The position numbers and the translations under genes were made by a program. 17,475 nt of DNA. It comes from Candidatus Baldrarchaeum yapensis. GTDB lineage: Archaea; Asgardarchaeota; Baldrarchaeia; Baldrarchaeales; Baldrarchaeaceae. The stretch lies in NCBI GenBank assembly GCA_016840465.1, contig JAEOSH010000049.1, forward strand, positions 1 to 17,475. The letters run 5' to 3'. Shown here one piece after another: positions 15,408-17,475 of the stretch (position 1 is the first letter of the stretch; each line of letters opens with the position of its first letter). Under the pieces are notes generated by a model. That model ran no database searches. It saw nothing but the letters and a program-made list of their open reading frames with translations, and was not told where the DNA came from.

Positions 15408-16504
15408 ATATCCCCTCAAAAATTAGAAAGAAAACGGAACTTCACGGCACATTTGACAAAAAGATACTCTTTGGAAATATATCCCGTGAAGATCTCCTAG
15501 TTCTAGAAATAAAGAACCCTCGTAGACCGCCGGATTACTACACCAATCTCGCAAAATCATTAGATTATGCAAAAATAAAGGATGTGATTAGAAGGTCGAT
15601 AGAGGAATTTAATGTATCTGCATTCATAGGACTTTGTAGAGCGAATGTCCACGCCGCAATTGAGGCTCTCATAACGGAACCGCCCGCAAACGTAATCCTC
15701 AGAAAAGCAGCTTATGAGTTTCCTCGTCAAACGTATGCACTCTTCTTCCTGTTGAGAAGAAAATTGCCACCGGATATTAAAAAGCGATTCCTAGATGCCA
15801 TAAAATCAGCACTTGTAAGGAAAATCATAGGGATTTCGTTTACAATGGGAAGGAGAGAAAAGAAAAGAACCTATGATTTTCATGAGGAGTTTCATGAGGA
15901 GTTTGATCTTGACGAGACTTTAGAGAGGTTACTGGAGAAACGTATGAGCCCACTCTCATACTCGGACATAGTATGGTTAAAGAGAATGGAAAAGAGAAAT
16001 GCATGCATACTCATGCTTGACACCAGCGGATCTATGTATGGAGAAAAGAACTTAATCGCTGCTATGGCCGCAATAACAGTTGCCTATAGATTAAAGAACT
16101 CGGAACTCGGAATAGTGGCTTTTAACACTTCGGCTATGGTAGTAAAGCACGTAAACTCAAGAGAAAATATCGGAGTCGTTCTTGACAAAATCTTGGAACT
16201 CGAGGCCTCCGGCTACACAAATATCCGTGACGCCCTGCGAAAAGGACTCGCCGAACTCAGAAAATCAAAGGCAAAGAAAAGATGGGGACTGCTTATAACC
16301 GATGGTATGTACAACACTGGCGGAGACCCCAGACCACTCGCCAGAAAATTCCCTAAACTTCACGTCATAGCTCTACCCGCCCAAAACCCCCATGGTCTCA
16401 AGGTGTGTAGAGACCTTGCATACCTCGGTAAGGGAAGATTGGCTATCGCTAAAGGGTTCAGCGATCTAGGACCTCTACTCCTCGACATATTAGGTAAAGT
16501 ATAA
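15404..16504 (+). CDS. VWA-domain (CoxE-like) partner of the MoxR ATPase
   Basis: FDLDETLE, MIDAS motif LMLDTSGSM, GYTNI, LLITDG, GGDP; TTG start overlaps the ATPase stop (TTGA). Confidence 0.9.
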   Translation: MNIPSKIRKKTELHGTFDKKILFGNISREDLLVLEIKNPRRPPDYYTNLAKSLDYAKIKDVIRRSIEEFNVSAFIGLCRANVHAAIEALITEPPANVILRKAAYEFPRQTYALFFLLRRKLPPDIKKRFLDAIKSALVRKIIGISFTMGRREKKRTYDFHEEFHEEFDLDETLERLLEKRMSPLSYSDIVWLKRMEKRNACILMLDTSGSMYGEKNLIAAMAAITVAYRLKNSELGIVAFNTSAMVVKHVNSRENIGVVLDKILELEASGYTNIRDALRKGLAELRKSKAKKRWGLLITDGMYNTGGDPRPLARKFPKLHVIALPAQNPHGLKVCRDLAYLGKGRLAIAKGFSDLGPLLLDILGKV

Positions 16505-16507
16505 AAA
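16500..16507 (+). promoter_or_regulatory. TATA box (TATAAAAA) for tRNA-Leu, overlapping the VWA stop codon
   Basis: Purine-rich GGTAAAG (BRE-like) precedes it; located about 30-37 nt before the tRNA 5' end. Confidence 0.5.
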
Positions 16508-16536
16508 CTCTCACAAAAAACTATAACCTTGAACGT

Positions 16537-16624
16537 GCGGGGGTGGCCGAGCCAGGTCAAAGGCGACGGGCTCAGGACCCGTTGGCGTAGGCCTGCGTGG
16601 GTTCAAATCCCACCCCCCGCACCA
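16537..16624 (+). tRNA. tRNA-Leu(CAG), intron-free, CCA encoded
   Basis: Acceptor GCGGGGG/CCCCCGC, A73, anticodon stem ACGGG/CCCGT with CAG at 16573-16575, variable arm GGC-GTAG-GCC, T arm GTGGG-TTCAAAT-CCCAC. Confidence 0.97.
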
Positions 16625-16738
16625 TATTCTTGAATTATGCGGCATCTTTGAGCTTTATCCATGATGTTACGGATTTCACTCTCAATTTTTACGATGCTAA
16701 TGCCTTAAACTTCCTGTTATTAAATTTTAATTATCTTC

Positions 16739-17475
16739 TAGTACTTCTGAAACTCCTTCTCGGAGAATGCGAAGGGTTTATGCGGCCGCCCGCCGGCACT
16801 TAACAGTATGAGAGACCGACACAACCCCAAAAGGGCGAAACGCGCACCGGCGGGCGACCGAAATACGGCACGGCGGGCGCAGTATTTAAGCGTATCGGCG
16901 GTCGCGGGGGCGCTCCCGCGCTCCATACGCGGCTACAAGATCAATCGAGCGTCTCTCTTGGATCCTGACGAGCGCTACTGTCTCCAATGACTTCGTGACG
17001 TCCGCCGCGCGGCCACTTCATGTGCATCCCGACTCGGTGGCCTTCCAGCTGAGGAAAATAGGAATGCGCGACGCTGAGAGTCTCAACGAGATCCTCGGGG
17101 AGATCGCCGCCAGAGTGCTGCGCCGCAGGAGGGTATTGGTCGCGATAGACACAACCGAAGTTCCCTACTTCGGCACACGCGACGAGTGGGTCCACTACTC
17201 CCCCGCCAAGAAGTGCTACGTGCAGAGGTACGTCGTGGCGGCCGCCATCGACGGCCCACGGAAGATCCCACTCTCCATAAGGCCCATCTCCATGTTCGAC
17301 AGCCGCGCCGACGCCGTGGAGGCGGTGCTTCGTGACATCGAGAAGCTGAGGCTTGAGGTCGAGGGGGTCTACATGGATTGTGGCTTTTTCTCCGTGGAGG
17401 TCATGGAGGTTCTCGCGAGAAGGAACATCCCGTTTGCGATCGCCGCCAGGAGGACGGCGGGCATAAGGAGGGTTC
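16739..17475 (+). mobile_element. ISH3-family (IS4 superfamily) insertion sequence, left part; right end outside window
   Basis: Abrupt GC rise (hand count 37/60 GC at 17101-17160 versus 22/60 at 13441-13500) and a DDE transposase frame. Candidate left end TAGTACTTCTGAAAC at 16739 resembles the CAGTAC.. ends I recall for ISH3 elements; boundary unverified. Confidence 0.75.
16808..17475 (+). pseudogene. ISH3-type DDE transposase, apparently frameshifted near 16951-16960, truncated by window edge
   Basis: A frame open from 16890 to the window end encodes ..HPDSVAFQLRK..VLVAIDTTEVPYFG..GVYMDCGFFSVEV.. (D at 17148, D at 17376). The probable N-terminus is ORF 16808-16990 in another frame. Not in the ORF track. 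Confidence 0.8.

Noticed and set aside
2369-16560. Other short opposite-strand or nested ORFs in the track (e.g. 2369-2614, 4522-4824, 6279-6683, 7724-8218, 10215-10796, 13221-13721, 14497-14802, 16360-16560)
   Set aside because: They overlap well-supported genes and show no recognisable motifs.
16537-16740. Integrative element using tRNA-Leu as an att site
   Set aside because: No integrase and no duplicated tRNA 3' end in the window; the downstream element is a DDE insertion sequence.
16597-17271. ORFs 16597-16803, 16738-16926, 16941-17195 and 17083-17271
   Set aside because: They start inside tRNA-Leu or are antisense to the GC-rich transposase; long open frames are expected there by chance.
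1-17475. CRISPR array, rRNA or defence system
   Set aside because: No periodic direct repeats, rRNA-like sequence or recognisable defence genes were seen.

Overview
Archaeal chromosomal window, probably TACK or Asgard judging by crenarchaeal-like RadA and UPF0147, STT3-like AglB and intron-containing tRNA. Gene order: aglB/STT3 (minus strand, runs off the left edge and is absent from the ORF track), gcvH, radA, a small membrane protein, carS, then a divergent operon (PAC4/LpdD-like protein, ubiX, UbiD-family decarboxylase, aconitase X large subunit) consistent with the modified archaeal mevalonate pathway. These are followed by an HD phosphohydrolase, a PUA/PAPS-reductase/ferredoxin protein, a PRC-barrel protein, UPF0148, UPF0147, FAU-1, tRNA-Ser(CGA) with two introns, a MoxR AAA+/VWA pair, tRNA-Leu(CAG) and a GC-rich frameshifted ISH3-type element. 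Main finding: the UPF0147 protein-coding gene is split by a 29-nt insert (12830-12858) that folds into a canonical bulge-helix-bulge (BHB) splice motif. Removing it at the standard endonuclease cut sites restores a full-length 87-aa protein, so this looks like a tRNA-type intron in an mRNA other than cbf5. It lies 1.6 kb from two more BHB-type introns in a tRNA that overlaps the FAU-1 stop codon. All family assignments are from motif recognition by eye; no database searches were run.
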